Numbered from the stretch's first letter, positions 1-8,620 are shown. The stretch is DNA of 32,013 nucleotides from Candidatus Tayloriibacteriota bacterium (GCA_903893855.1 CAITNV010000042.1:1-32013), one strand, 5' to 3'. A program made the numbers and translations. Notes: generated from the letters alone by a model not told the origin.

Positions 1-180
1 GTTACAGAGGAAGAAATGCAGAGTATACATTCCTTTCTCAATGACCGACCGAGGGAAGTGCTTGGGTTTAGGACTGCTTCGAGTTATTATTTAGAGGCAG
101 GTGTCCTACTTGAGGGGTAGCTAGAGGTAATCTTACTACAATCCATTAAAACAGGTTTAGTATTGTGTGTCAACTACGCG

Positions 181-972
181 CTATAATTTCACGCTTTCAG
201 ACCACAACCCTTTAAAGATTTTTTTGAAATTCTCGGCGAGAGCTTGATTGGTTATTTTTACACCAACAGAATTGTTTTTTTCTAACGAGAGGATGCTGAC
301 CGTGTCTCCAAGTATATAGAGTGCAAAGTCTTTGACGGTTTGATCTTTAGCTAAGAAGCGCGAAGATGTATACTTTCTACTTTTGTAGAAAGGCAAGTGT
401 TTTCTTTCCTCTTTCGAATCATTGATAATAAGTTGTGTCGATATATTGCGCTCCGAACGCCAGTTTTTTACGCGCGTATGCCATTCATCGCCAAAGATAA
501 AATTCCATTCAGGTGTCCAATAAAATTCACTACGAATTATGTGCATCGTCGCATTCTTAGGTGCAGCTTGCAGCATATTTATATAAATCTTCTTTAAACT
601 TTCCCGACTTTCGAAGAAAATAATATTTGGGATTTGCGTATTGCTACGAGATAGGAACTGAAGCTGGTCTGACATTTTTGCGAAGAGTTCAACACGTTTC
701 GCTACCGCTCGTTGTTCCTCATGGAGGATTTCACCTATTCGCTTCGGTTGTTGCCCGATGAATTGTTTAATGCCATTTTTGTACGTCGTTCCAACGAGGC
801 CCTTTGCGGTGAGTTTATCAAGTGCAGCATATACTGTACTGCGCGAATATCGAAGCTTCTTTGCAATAAAGCTGGCGCTCGTAGGTGAGTGCTCGAGGAG
901 CACTAGATATACTCCAGCTTCATAGTGGCTTAAACCAAGCTCAAGTAATTGGTCAAAAAGGGGATTTTCCAT
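181..972 (-). CDS. TrmB-family transcriptional regulator (N-terminal winged HTH plus C-terminal TrmB-type domain)
   Basis: 263-aa ORF. The N-terminal LGLSHYEAGVYLVLLEHSPTSASFIAKKLRYSRSTVYAALDKLTAKGLV fits the TrmB/MarR-like HTH pattern, and the length fits TrmB regulators. TAG stop at 181-183. Confidence 0.6.
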   Translation of the reverse strand: MENPLFDQLLELGLSHYEAGVYLVLLEHSPTSASFIAKKLRYSRSTVYAALDKLTAKGLVGTTYKNGIKQFIGQQPKRIGEILHEEQRAVAKRVELFAKMSDQLQFLSRSNTQIPNIIFFESRESLKKIYINMLQAAPKNATMHIIRSEFYWTPEWNFIFGDEWHTRVKNWRSERNISTQLIINDSKEERKHLPFYKSRKYTSSRFLAKDQTVKDFALYILGDTVSILSLEKNNSVGVKITNQALAENFKKIFKGLWSESVKL

Positions 973-1055
973 ATGTTGTCGTAACTGTATGACACATTGT
1001 ACATAATTGCAAGTTGTCTATACTTAGTCCAGATGAATAAACACAAAAAGGAAAT

Positions 1056-1553
1056 ATGATTCATGTTATTAAGACGATTGAGTCCATTCTCCCAACGCTT
1101 CTTACTCACGAGTCGGCGTGGAAGGGGATTTATGCAGATAGCGAAAAACCGCATTTGAAGAGGCTCTGGATGCAGTGGTATCAGTACCGTATCTGCCTCC
1201 ATCATTTCACGGAGTGTGGCGTGAATGAGGAATTCCCTCATCCACATCCATGGGCTATGGCAGTGCACATTCTTGAAGGTACATATTCGATGGGACTTGG
1301 TAGGGGGTCAAATCTCGATGTTCCACCGGCACTTACTTACCGTGAATACAAAGTGGGGGATTATTATGAAATGCTCGGTGCAGATGAATGGCACGCTATT
1401 CGTCCGCTCGGCAGTGAAGCGGTAACTATTATGGTTTCAGGTCCGCCGGTCTATCCTGAGAATAGGGCACGCTCGAATAAACCAACTAGGGAGCTTACCT
1501 CTCTTGAACGCTCGGAATTGTTTAAGCGGTTTCGGTCGCAGTATCATTTGTAA
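1056..1553 (+). CDS. hypothetical protein, possibly cupin-like (His-rich HPHPW...HILEG segment)
   Basis: 165-aa ORF. AAGGAA Shine-Dalgarno 7 nt upstream of the ATG. Candidate promoter TTGTAC-16-TATACT in the 973-1055 divergent intergenic. The His cluster FPHPHPWAMAVHILEGTY loosely resembles a cupin metal site. Confidence 0.4.
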   Translation: MIHVIKTIESILPTLLTHESAWKGIYADSEKPHLKRLWMQWYQYRICLHHFTECGVNEEFPHPHPWAMAVHILEGTYSMGLGRGSNLDVPPALTYREYKVGDYYEMLGADEWHAIRPLGSEAVTIMVSGPPVYPENRARSNKPTRELTSLERSELFKRFRSQYHL

Positions 1554-1643
1554 AAAAAGTTCTTTGCGATATGTCTTGAGTATTTGATTTAATCCCATTC
1601 TAATTTATTCTAGAGTGGGATTTTTTATGTATAATGTAAATGT

Positions 1644-2375
1644 ATGAAAATCATCCCAAAATTTACTATTTCAGATATACAGCTTGATGTCGGTGATCAC
1701 GAATTTAAAAAGGCTTTTTCTTTGTATGAAAAGGATGCCGTCCATACTATCAAAAGTGACTTTTCTGGATATCATGCGGTTGTTTCCGGAACTCAGGACT
1801 ATCGTGTGTATGTGAGTGCGAAATCATTTGATGTTGGAGATTGTAATTGTTATATCGGTCAAAAGGGCGAGCTCTGCAAACATATGTTGGCACTAGCAAT
1901 TGCCGTGGTATATACATATAGGCCAACTGATACAGAGATAGTAAAGCAGCCCCTTGATCAAGCTGTTTGTTCACATGAGCTTAGGGATATTACAAAAGAT
2001 GAAGTTGTCAGTATCAAAGCGGAGTTGAGTAAAGGCTTTAGTCTGATAAAGGGCTATAGTGGACCCTCTTCGAAATGGTTTCAATACCAAGACCGTCTCG
2101 CAAAAGGTTCTAGATTAATTTTATTGGCACTATCGAAACTCCCTGTATGTGAGAAATCTGCCAACAAGTGTATACTGATATTGAAAAGACTCGATGCGAA
2201 GTTACTCAAGGGTGGAATCGATGACTCCAACGGTACGATGGGAGACTTGATGATCAATATTGTCGAACTGTTAAATATGTTCGCAACTTCAGATGTAAAG
2301 CTCAAAAAATATATTAATAATCACTTGCCAAAAGGTGAAGTTTTCAATTGGGAAGCGGGGTTTAAAGCATCATAA
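1644..2375 (+). CDS. SWIM zinc-finger domain protein
   Basis: 243-aa ORF containing a textbook SWIM CxCxnCxH signature, DCNCYIGQKGELCKHMLALAIA. Confidence 0.55.
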   Translation: MKIIPKFTISDIQLDVGDHEFKKAFSLYEKDAVHTIKSDFSGYHAVVSGTQDYRVYVSAKSFDVGDCNCYIGQKGELCKHMLALAIAVVYTYRPTDTEIVKQPLDQAVCSHELRDITKDEVVSIKAELSKGFSLIKGYSGPSSKWFQYQDRLAKGSRLILLALSKLPVCEKSANKCILILKRLDAKLLKGGIDDSNGTMGDLMINIVELLNMFATSDVKLKKYINNHLPKGEVFNWEAGFKAS

Positions 2376-2385
2376 TTTCAAGTTT

Positions 2386-2455
2386 GTTTACATTGCTTGA
2401 CTCAATGTAAACAAAGGTGTATACTTTGCTTACATTAATAAAAAGATGTAAACAA
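2386..2455 (+). promoter_or_regulatory. sigma70-type promoter (TTGACT-17-TATACT) overlapped by an 11-bp perfect inverted repeat, plus a second partial site before the Fic start codon
   Basis: TGTTTACATTG (2386-2396) and CAATGTAAACA (2403-2413) flank the -35 TTGACT (2397-2402). The -10 TATACT is at 2420-2425, giving a 17-bp spacer. A second TTACAT...ATGTAAACA pair lies at 2430-2455, directly before ATG 2458. Confidence 0.55.
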
Positions 2456-2457
2456 AC

Positions 2458-3600
2458 ATGAAATCTATCAAAATTGGAGAACTTAAAGAGCAGAAAGAGG
2501 GCTTCAAAGCGTTTATTCCCGCACCTTTTCCTCCAAAAGGAAGTTTTGAGTTTGATTCGAAAATATTGAAAAAAGTCGATGAGGCAACACGATTGCTTGG
2601 CAAGCTTGATGGTATTACAAAACTTCTACCAGATGTGGATTTCTTTTTGAGTATGTATCTTCGAAAAGATGCTGCTTCATCAAGTCAAATCGAGGGTACG
2701 ATGGCAACAATGGTTGATGCTATTGAAGCCGAAGTGCAGTCGAATGCAAGTGTCCCTGAAGATGTCAATGATATACTGCACTATATTAAAGCACTTAATT
2801 ACGGAGCAAAGCGTGTCCAGCAGGATAATTTTCCATTGGCTCTTCGCTTTGTGCGCGAGCTTCATAAGCAACTTATGGATAATGCACGTTCGACACACTT
2901 CTCTGATCCGGGCGAATTTAGAAAATCACAGAATTGGATCGGTGGCACTCGGCCGGACAATGCGCGATTTGTTCCTCCTCCAGTGGAAGATATGCACAAA
3001 GCGCTTACTGATCTTGAGAGTTTCATGCATTCAAATGATGATATGCTCACTCTTGTAAAGGCCGCACTCATTCATGCCCAGTTCGAGACGATTCATCCAT
3101 TTTTGGACGGTAATGGTAGAACTGGCCGTATGCTCATAACCTTTTATTTGTGGAAGGAAGGTTATCTTGAAAAACCTGTACTGTTTCTATCTTCATATTT
3201 CAAGAAGTATCAAAAGGTCTATTACGAGCGACTTTTCGGCTATCATTTTGGAGACGTGTCTGAATGGGTCGATTTCTTCCTCGACGGTGTTATTGAAATT
3301 GCAAAGGAAGCAATAGATATTGTAGGTAAGATTACGGCTTTGCGCGATAAAGATATGCTCAAGATGCAGACGCTCGGAAAGCGCGCTGCTCTGAGCGCAG
3401 CTCTTGTGCTACCTAAGCTTTATGAGCAACCAATCGTTAATGTCGCGACGATCCAACGGTGGACTAATTTCTCAAGGGTTGGATCTCAATCAGTGATTAA
3501 TCGCTTTATAGATTTAGGTATTCTTCTTCCTAAAGATAAGGATAAGAAATATGGCCAGTCATACATATACAAGAAATATATAGATATTTTCTCCGAATAA
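2458..3600 (+). CDS. Fic family protein (class II: N-terminal inhibitory S-x-x-I-E-G motif, Fic core, C-terminal winged-helix-like tail)
   Basis: 380 aa. Canonical Fic motif HPFLDGNGRTGR. Upstream SSSQIEGT matches the [ST]xxIE[GN] autoinhibitory motif. Length and layout resemble COG3177-type Fic proteins. Confidence 0.9.
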   Translation: MKSIKIGELKEQKEGFKAFIPAPFPPKGSFEFDSKILKKVDEATRLLGKLDGITKLLPDVDFFLSMYLRKDAASSSQIEGTMATMVDAIEAEVQSNASVPEDVNDILHYIKALNYGAKRVQQDNFPLALRFVRELHKQLMDNARSTHFSDPGEFRKSQNWIGGTRPDNARFVPPPVEDMHKALTDLESFMHSNDDMLTLVKAALIHAQFETIHPFLDGNGRTGRMLITFYLWKEGYLEKPVLFLSSYFKKYQKVYYERLFGYHFGDVSEWVDFFLDGVIEIAKEAIDIVGKITALRDKDMLKMQTLGKRAALSAALVLPKLYEQPIVNVATIQRWTNFSRVGSQSVINRFIDLGILLPKDKDKKYGQSYIYKKYIDIFSE

Positions 3601-3651
3601 AAAACCGCTACGACGAGTCTTTTGAGACTGTCGAGCGGGTAAATTGCCGAA

Positions 3652-4098
3652 CTATTCAATCACAGTTCCACGCGCCTGTTCCTGTACTTCCAAGCGAAGG
3701 TTGTTGGGTTCTCGGATATCCCATAGACATCGATACAGGAGATTGCTCGCTTCTGCCAATCGATGTATCCTCATAACATTAAGACATAAGGCTTCCTGCG
3801 CGAAATGGTGAAAGTCGTGAAGACTGCTAAGGTCAAGGATTTCAGGTTTTTTAAACATGGCTTGCGTGATGCCGAGGATATCTACAAAAAATGAATTGTC
3901 GGTGATCCAGATTCGATTTGCGCAGCTTGTCGCCGATTCGGTCCAGAATTGTAAAAAACTGGTAACAGAATTCGCATCATCAAGGTTCAGTTCGTGCGAG
4001 ACGGGTTCTTTGAGCGGTTCGGTGATGAGGCCGTATTGCAGTATTCGGCCAAGTGCTACATTCCCAGCAATTACAAAGGTCGGCTTATTTTTTGTCAT
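3652..4098 (-). CDS. hypothetical protein
   Basis: 148-aa ORF directly downstream of, and co-oriented with, the HD-domain gene. No motif recognised. Confidence 0.45.
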   Translation of the reverse strand: MTKNKPTFVIAGNVALGRILQYGLITEPLKEPVSHELNLDDANSVTSFLQFWTESATSCANRIWITDNSFFVDILGITQAMFKKPEILDLSSLHDFHHFAQEALCLNVMRIHRLAEASNLLYRCLWDIREPNNLRLEVQEQARGTVIE

Positions 4099-4171
4099 AT
4101 TTCGCTTCTCTCTCTCTTTCTATTTTCAAGGTTTCATTTACGATACATCATTTTTAATCGATAGTCAATTC

Positions 4172-4729
4172 TTATCGAATTTTAAAAACCTTTGTCGCTT
4201 CGGTATACTCCGCCTCAAATAATTGATCAAGAATTGAACTCACACCTTTACACTGTTCTGCAATGAGTTTCGCACCAATTATATAGTCGCAATTACTTTC
4301 AAATGTCCAGCTTGGCTTTGGGTCTGTAACTACGAAGCGCACATTTGAGATTTGATCTGCGAGCTTGATTCGTTTGACGCTTGGACTTTCATTCGCTACT
4401 CGCTCTGCTTGTTTTGGTTTTCGTTCTGCATTAGTCAGGCTTTTAAATTCTATTGGATCAGTAAGTCCGTGAACTATTTCCATAACTTCAGTTCCGAATT
4501 TATCCTTAATATCCTCAAGAATGGTGGGTGTGTCCTCGACTGTGTCGTGTAGCCACGCTGCCGCTATTTCGGCATCACTTCCACCGGAAGCCCACACAAG
4601 ATCAGCCACTTCTTGTAAATGTTCGAATTGTCCGCGAACATCTCCCGATACCGTGGTTAGAGTAATGTGCTTATGGGCATCACGAACGAAGTGGCGTGCG
4701 ACTACAATGAGGTTTTGTGATTGGATCAT
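4172..4729 (-). CDS. small HD-domain phosphohydrolase, SpoT/Mesh1-like ((p)ppGpp hydrolase-type HD motif)
   Basis: 185 aa. AAWLHDTVEDT is the characteristic RelA/SpoT-type HD signature. An earlier His (HK-H) sits in the N-terminal region. Confidence 0.6.
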   Translation of the reverse strand: MIQSQNLIVVARHFVRDAHKHITLTTVSGDVRGQFEHLQEVADLVWASGGSDAEIAAAWLHDTVEDTPTILEDIKDKFGTEVMEIVHGLTDPIEFKSLTNAERKPKQAERVANESPSVKRIKLADQISNVRFVVTDPKPSWTFESNCDYIIGAKLIAEQCKGVSSILDQLFEAEYTEATKVFKIR

Positions 4730-4821
4730 AAATGATTTAATTTTGCACGTAAGTTGTTTGATGATAGTATATCAGCTGCACAGCTATATTTAATAGGTTT
4801 GAATAGCTTTACATTTTAGAT

Positions 4822-5328
4822 ATGAAAAGACAAAGAGAAAAAGTTTTATCAAAAATCGAACTCGCGTATTATAAAAGACCAAAGAAGGGTGATGAGCCTG
4901 CAAAATCCGGAATAACTTGTGGATGGTGTTTTGAGCCGGACATTACCAGTGTTGGCGGAGGTTATAAGGATGAGAAAGGAAGAATGTTTCATATTTGCGA
5001 ACAGTGTGCCGTGTATAGATATAAGGAGGATTATGGATATAAGACGTTAACCGCTGCACGAGCTCGACGCAGAAGAATTTTTGATGTCGCGTATTTATTT
5101 AATGAATTACTTATCGATATATACATGAATCTTCATGATATACCTGATTTTAAATATTTTAGTGATGCGGATGATCTATTCATAAAAGGGAGCGAGCTTT
5201 ATAATATTTTGTTTAGTAAACAAGATAAGATAGAACTCGAAGAGACTCAGGATCAAGATACGATTGAGCGACAGCTGCAAAATAGATTATCCTCGGTAAA
5301 CCTCTCGAAGTTTTTTAGCAGGATTTAG
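4822..5328 (+). CDS. hypothetical protein with a Cys4 zinc-ribbon-like segment
   Basis: 168-aa ORF. CGWC...18 residues...CEQC looks like a treble-clef or zinc ribbon. Confidence 0.45.
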   Translation: MKRQREKVLSKIELAYYKRPKKGDEPAKSGITCGWCFEPDITSVGGGYKDEKGRMFHICEQCAVYRYKEDYGYKTLTAARARRRRIFDVAYLFNELLIDIYMNLHDIPDFKYFSDADDLFIKGSELYNILFSKQDKIELEETQDQDTIERQLQNRLSSVNLSKFFSRI

Positions 5329-5351
5329 TGTAGATATATGAAACCAATTTG

Positions 5352-5384
5352 AAATTAAAAAACCACCGACATTAATCAGTGGTT
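5352..5384 (-). terminator. weak intrinsic terminator downstream of the zinc-finger ORF
   Basis: ACCAC (5362-5366) pairs with GTGGT (5379-5383). On the minus strand the hairpin is followed by a T6 run. Confidence 0.3.
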
Positions 5385-5405
5385 CGCGCTACTGCACTCT
5401 TTGGC

Positions 5406-5609
5406 TTATCGATATTGTTTAACACTGACCATACCTGTCCCGCTACAGGCTTTACATCGCAGACTATTACTGTCTCCAAGGCCATGACAATTACCACATC
5501 TAACCGCGTCTTGGGGAACAGCGACTTCTTTGGCCCCATTGCATACGGGACACGGTTGGGAAGATGATTGCCCCAAACCATGACAGAATTTACATCTGAT
5601 CCTCATCAT
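5406..5609 (-). CDS. stand-alone DnaJ-type cysteine-rich (CR) zinc-finger protein with four CxxCxGxG repeats; the reading frame stays open a further ~65 codons upstream to an in-frame TGA
   Basis: CKFCHGLG, CPVCNGAK, CGNCHGLG and CKACSGTG together form the DnaJ central-domain signature. The ATG-delimited ORF is 67 aa. See the finding on the upstream extension. Confidence 0.55.
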   Translation of the reverse strand: MMRIRCKFCHGLGQSSSQPCPVCNGAKEVAVPQDAVRCGNCHGLGDSNSLRCKACSGTGMVSVKQYR

Positions 5610-6056
5610 GGGTGTGTTTTGCCCTCTTTCGTGGTGGTGGTGTCTTTGTCGTTCGTCCTGCTGTTTTTGCCACCTCTTGTCTTGCGGAGGTGGTTGGTGC
5701 TTGTTTTTTTCTTCTTCAACTTTACGACCAATCAGCTCTATAATGTCAGAAGCCTTTACAATTCCATCTTCAATGGCATTGCGAAGGAGTCAAAGGGTTT
5801 TGAACATTATCTCTTTCTCACTTTCACTGGGTTCACTCATATTGTTGCGTATGAAGTTACATTGTTTTTATTCTACGTAATAGAATTCAATTCCTTTGCA
5901 GGAAGAGAATAATATAAAGACATCGCAACAGGCGACACATCTTCCACACTTTCAAAGGACTTGTACATAGGACACTAGCACATTTAAATGGATGTTGTCA
6001 AATCTGTAACCAAGTCTTTTTCTTGACATTACGTATTGGTTTTATGAAATAGATAC

Positions 6057-6332
6057 TTGAAAGAAGGACTAACTAGCCCAATGGGAGAAAGTAGAGAAGC
6101 AGCTCGTGGACGTTATGAGCTATGGATAGAGGAATTAAAAAAACTTAACCCGCAGGATGATGTTGTGGTTACAGGACAGTACCAAGAGTCCACACACAAT
6201 ATGAATGTTAAAAGTTTTTTAGCAAGACTAGAAAATCCAGAGTTGGTGTCGGGTGTCTATTTAAGATGGAGGCCTGTGCGGTATTATGCATTTGGTAAAA
6301 AAGAAACTGGAGAGAATCGAGAGCAGATGTAA
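6057..6332 (+). CDS. hypothetical protein
   Basis: 91-aa ORF followed by a hairpin terminator. Confidence 0.4.
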   Translation: MKEGLTSPMGESREAARGRYELWIEELKKLNPQDDVVVTGQYQESTHNMNVKSFLARLENPELVSGVYLRWRPVRYYAFGKKETGENREQM

Positions 6333-6337
6333 ATAAA

Positions 6338-6362
6338 AAAGCCACCATCGTTCGGTAGCTTT
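6338..6362. terminator. bidirectional hairpin between convergent genes
   Basis: AAAGCCACC, loop ATCGTTC, then GGTAGCTTT. The stem is 9 bp with one mismatch and is flanked by A and T runs. Confidence 0.45.
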
Positions 6363-6377
6363 GCGTGTAATTTTTGT

Positions 6378-6599
6378 TTATTTGAGAGCCGTGCGAATGG
6401 TTGCCATTGCAATGGCTCCAAAGAAGTGTTGCAAACAGCCAGTATGGATGTATACGTGAAACTGAGTGGAGTCTGTCGTAATCAGCACATCGATGTAACC
6501 ATTCTTCGTGTATGAAGTGTGACAGCCATAAGTAATTGCATTTTTTAACCTCGCTTTGTTGATGGTGTAAGAACTATTGAATTCAATTAAAATGAGCAC
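6378..6599 (-). CDS. hypothetical protein
   Basis: 73-aa ORF. No motif recognised. Confidence 0.3.
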   Translation of the reverse strand: MLILIEFNSSYTINKARLKNAITYGCHTSYTKNGYIDVLITTDSTQFHVYIHTGCLQHFFGAIAMATIRTALK

Positions 6600-6687
6600 G
6601 GAAAGATATATTTGTCAATTTTACTGCATTATTTAAATGGATATTATGTAAATTGTTATTTAGAGTTTTAGATGGTACTATAATAAC

Positions 6688-7011
6688 ATGAAAAATACTC
6701 TACAAAAGGGTGTTGTTAGAAATATAGTTTTCAAGGAAGACGACACATGGTATGCTGTTGGACTCGAATTTAACCTTGTCACAGAAGGAGATACGCCTGA
6801 AATTGCTTCTTTTAATCTTCAAGAAGCTATTGCGGGCTACCTTGAGTCTCTCAAATCAAGCAAGGTTGGTGGCTTAAGAACTGAAGCTATACTTAATCAG
6901 ATACCCGATCCAGAATATGAAGCATTGTGGAATGTGCTTGAAAGTCAGAAACCAATTCCTTCTCCATATCAGGTGCACTCATATGGCAGGTTATTGTTAC
7001 CTAAAGTCTAA
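6688..7011 (+). CDS. hicB: HicB-family antitoxin (type II TA), N-terminal RNase-H-like fold only
   Basis: VVRNIVFKEDDTWYAVGLEFNLVTEGDTPEIASFNLQEAIAGYLESL matches the HicB N-domain pattern. The gene sits immediately upstream of a HicA-like ORF. Confidence 0.7.
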   Translation: MKNTLQKGVVRNIVFKEDDTWYAVGLEFNLVTEGDTPEIASFNLQEAIAGYLESLKSSKVGGLRTEAILNQIPDPEYEALWNVLESQKPIPSPYQVHSYGRLLLPKV

Positions 7012-7016
7012 ATTCC

Positions 7017-7247
7017 ATGCCGAACGGTTTAATGAACTGGACATTTGATGAGGTAACTAAGTTTTTGAAAAAACATAATTTTGTTTACAATCACGCTCGA
7101 GGAAGTCATCATTTTTATATTGGCTCTCAGGGTGGTGTCTCAAGACAGGTTTGTGTTCCTTTTCATGGCAAAACTTCAATAAAGCCTCGCACGATGAAGG
7201 GTATTATACTCCAATCGGGTATATCAAAAGAAGAATGGTTGCGATGA
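7017..7247 (+). CDS. hicA: HicA-family mRNA interferase toxin
   Basis: 76 aa with the GSHH motif and downstream GK...P....ILKQ.GIS, the HicA dsRBD-like pattern. It lies 5 nt after the hicB stop. The true start may be the Met at 7032. Confidence 0.75.
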   Translation: MPNGLMNWTFDEVTKFLKKHNFVYNHARGSHHFYIGSQGGVSRQVCVPFHGKTSIKPRTMKGIILQSGISKEEWLR

Positions 7248-7279
7248 TGTAATTACAGCAGTAATGCTATACTAAAACT

Positions 7280-7600
7280 ATGAAATGGATTGTACCGATA
7301 TCACTACTGATTTTCTTCGAGTTGGTCGCTGATATTTTTGCGAAAGAGTGGTTGGTGCAGAGTGGTTATATTTTAGCGACGGGCGCTCTCGTCTCATATG
7401 TGATAGCGAATTCATTTTGGCTTTTTGCTTTAAAAAATGGCTCGGGACTCGCGAGGGGAGCGGTTATATTCTCAGTAGCTTCAGCGATAGTTGCTATCAT
7501 CCTCGGAGTCTTTCTATTTAAAGAAAATGTGACCAAGGTTCAGATGACCGGAATGATTTTGGGTCTTGTCGCTATAACGTTGATTTTTTGGAATGACTAA
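7280..7600 (+). CDS. small 4-TM membrane protein, SMR/EamA-like (DMT superfamily)
   Basis: 106 aa with four hydrophobic helices. The size and pattern match small multidrug-resistance and ArnE/F-like half transporters. Confidence 0.5.
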   Translation: MKWIVPISLLIFFELVADIFAKEWLVQSGYILATGALVSYVIANSFWLFALKNGSGLARGAVIFSVASAIVAIILGVFLFKENVTKVQMTGMILGLVAITLIFWND

Positions 7601-7971
7601 TGTTTGGAATTATTATCGTGTCGATCTTCGTGATTCATTTGTCCCCATTGCCATCGAGGCTTTTCTCCTTTCACGTATGTGACGACGATGAGGAGCGCTG
7701 TTGATATAATGATTGGCAAAGCGAATGTTAGGAAATTGCTTCCCGAATCAGGATTTCCTGCTATATCAATTTCTCTCGTGAGTATGAGGGCCAAAATGAA
7801 AGCGATATATATGATAATAGCGCACCAGCCTTGCCATTTTGCTGGTACCCATCCCCAGCCATAGAGTTTGGCTTTAAACCAATAGCCTTTAGGATTATCT
7901 TTTATATAGTTTATGTATTTTTTGAACATTGGCTCTATTCTAGCACGGAACATGAAGCTTGTTTTTATCAT
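7597..7971 (-). CDS. hypothetical membrane protein (Trp-rich, two TM segments)
   Basis: 124-aa ORF. It converges on the previous gene with overlapping stop codons at 7597-7600. Confidence 0.45.
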   Translation of the reverse strand: MIKTSFMFRARIEPMFKKYINYIKDNPKGYWFKAKLYGWGWVPAKWQGWCAIIIYIAFILALILTREIDIAGNPDSGSNFLTFALPIIISTALLIVVTYVKGEKPRWQWGQMNHEDRHDNNSKH

Positions 7972-8032
7972 TTTTGACCAATATAATAATCGTATCGTGC
8001 GGAAAAGTGATTAATCTAAATTAATAAATTAT

Positions 8033-8488
8033 ATGAAAATAGATATAACTGCGCAGCAATATAAGACTTTAATAAATGCTTTGGAGGTATCATCTTTTAT
8101 TTATGGCCCAATGTCCGACATGGTAGATGCGAAGTATAAGAAAGAAGTAAATAAAATTGAAGATATTGAATCACAGCTTCTTAAGCATGCAAAGGACTTT
8201 GGTATGGCAGATAGTGTAGAAGAGTTTGATGGAAAACTGCACATAAAGGAAACATATTATGATAAAATCCTTGATGATTTGGGGGAATATGATGATTGGC
8301 AAACGTTTGAAAATATTACCAACGTACTTGCCAAAAGGGATTTCCGAGCAGATCATTCAGCGGCGGAAATAAAAGAGATTGCAAAAAAGAATCGTGGCTA
8401 CCTAGGTGTCGAAATCTATGATTATGAAGAGAAATATTACAATGAGTTTAGGAAACATGGGTACGATGGGCTTTATATTAAAGCGTGA
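8033..8488 (+). CDS. hypothetical protein (acidic, AT-rich gene)
   Basis: 151-aa ORF. Markedly AT-richer than its neighbours. Confidence 0.45.
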   Translation: MKIDITAQQYKTLINALEVSSFIYGPMSDMVDAKYKKEVNKIEDIESQLLKHAKDFGMADSVEEFDGKLHIKETYYDKILDDLGEYDDWQTFENITNVLAKRDFRADHSAAEIKEIAKKNRGYLGVEIYDYEEKYYNEFRKHGYDGLYIKA

Positions 8489-8544
8489 TTTTTTACCTGA
8501 CAAATTCGATTTCATTAAAGGCAGTTTTTGAATAATTATTAAAA

Positions 8545-8592
8545 TAAAAAAACGCCGTACCGAAGTCGTGCGTTGTTGTTTATTTGAAAATG
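8545..8592 (+). terminator. intrinsic terminator
   Basis: A-run, then ACGC...GCGT hairpin, then TTGTTGTTTATTTG. Confidence 0.4.
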
Positions 8593-8620
8593 GTAATAGT
8601 TTTTCGCTAATTTGAGACAT

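Noticed and set aside
5406-5830. Genome-wide TGA recoding (code 4 or 25) or selenocysteine as an explanation for the in-frame TGA
   Set aside because: TGA functions as the stop codon of hicA (7245-7247), priA (28126-28128) and the S24-fusion gene (24172-24174). No SECIS-like hairpin follows the internal TGA.
5568-5912. 114-aa and 90-aa plus-strand ORFs rich in Val/Leu/Phe
   Set aside because: They lie antisense to the zinc-finger gene and its open upstream frame. Their hydrophobic low-complexity translation is typical of antisense artefacts.
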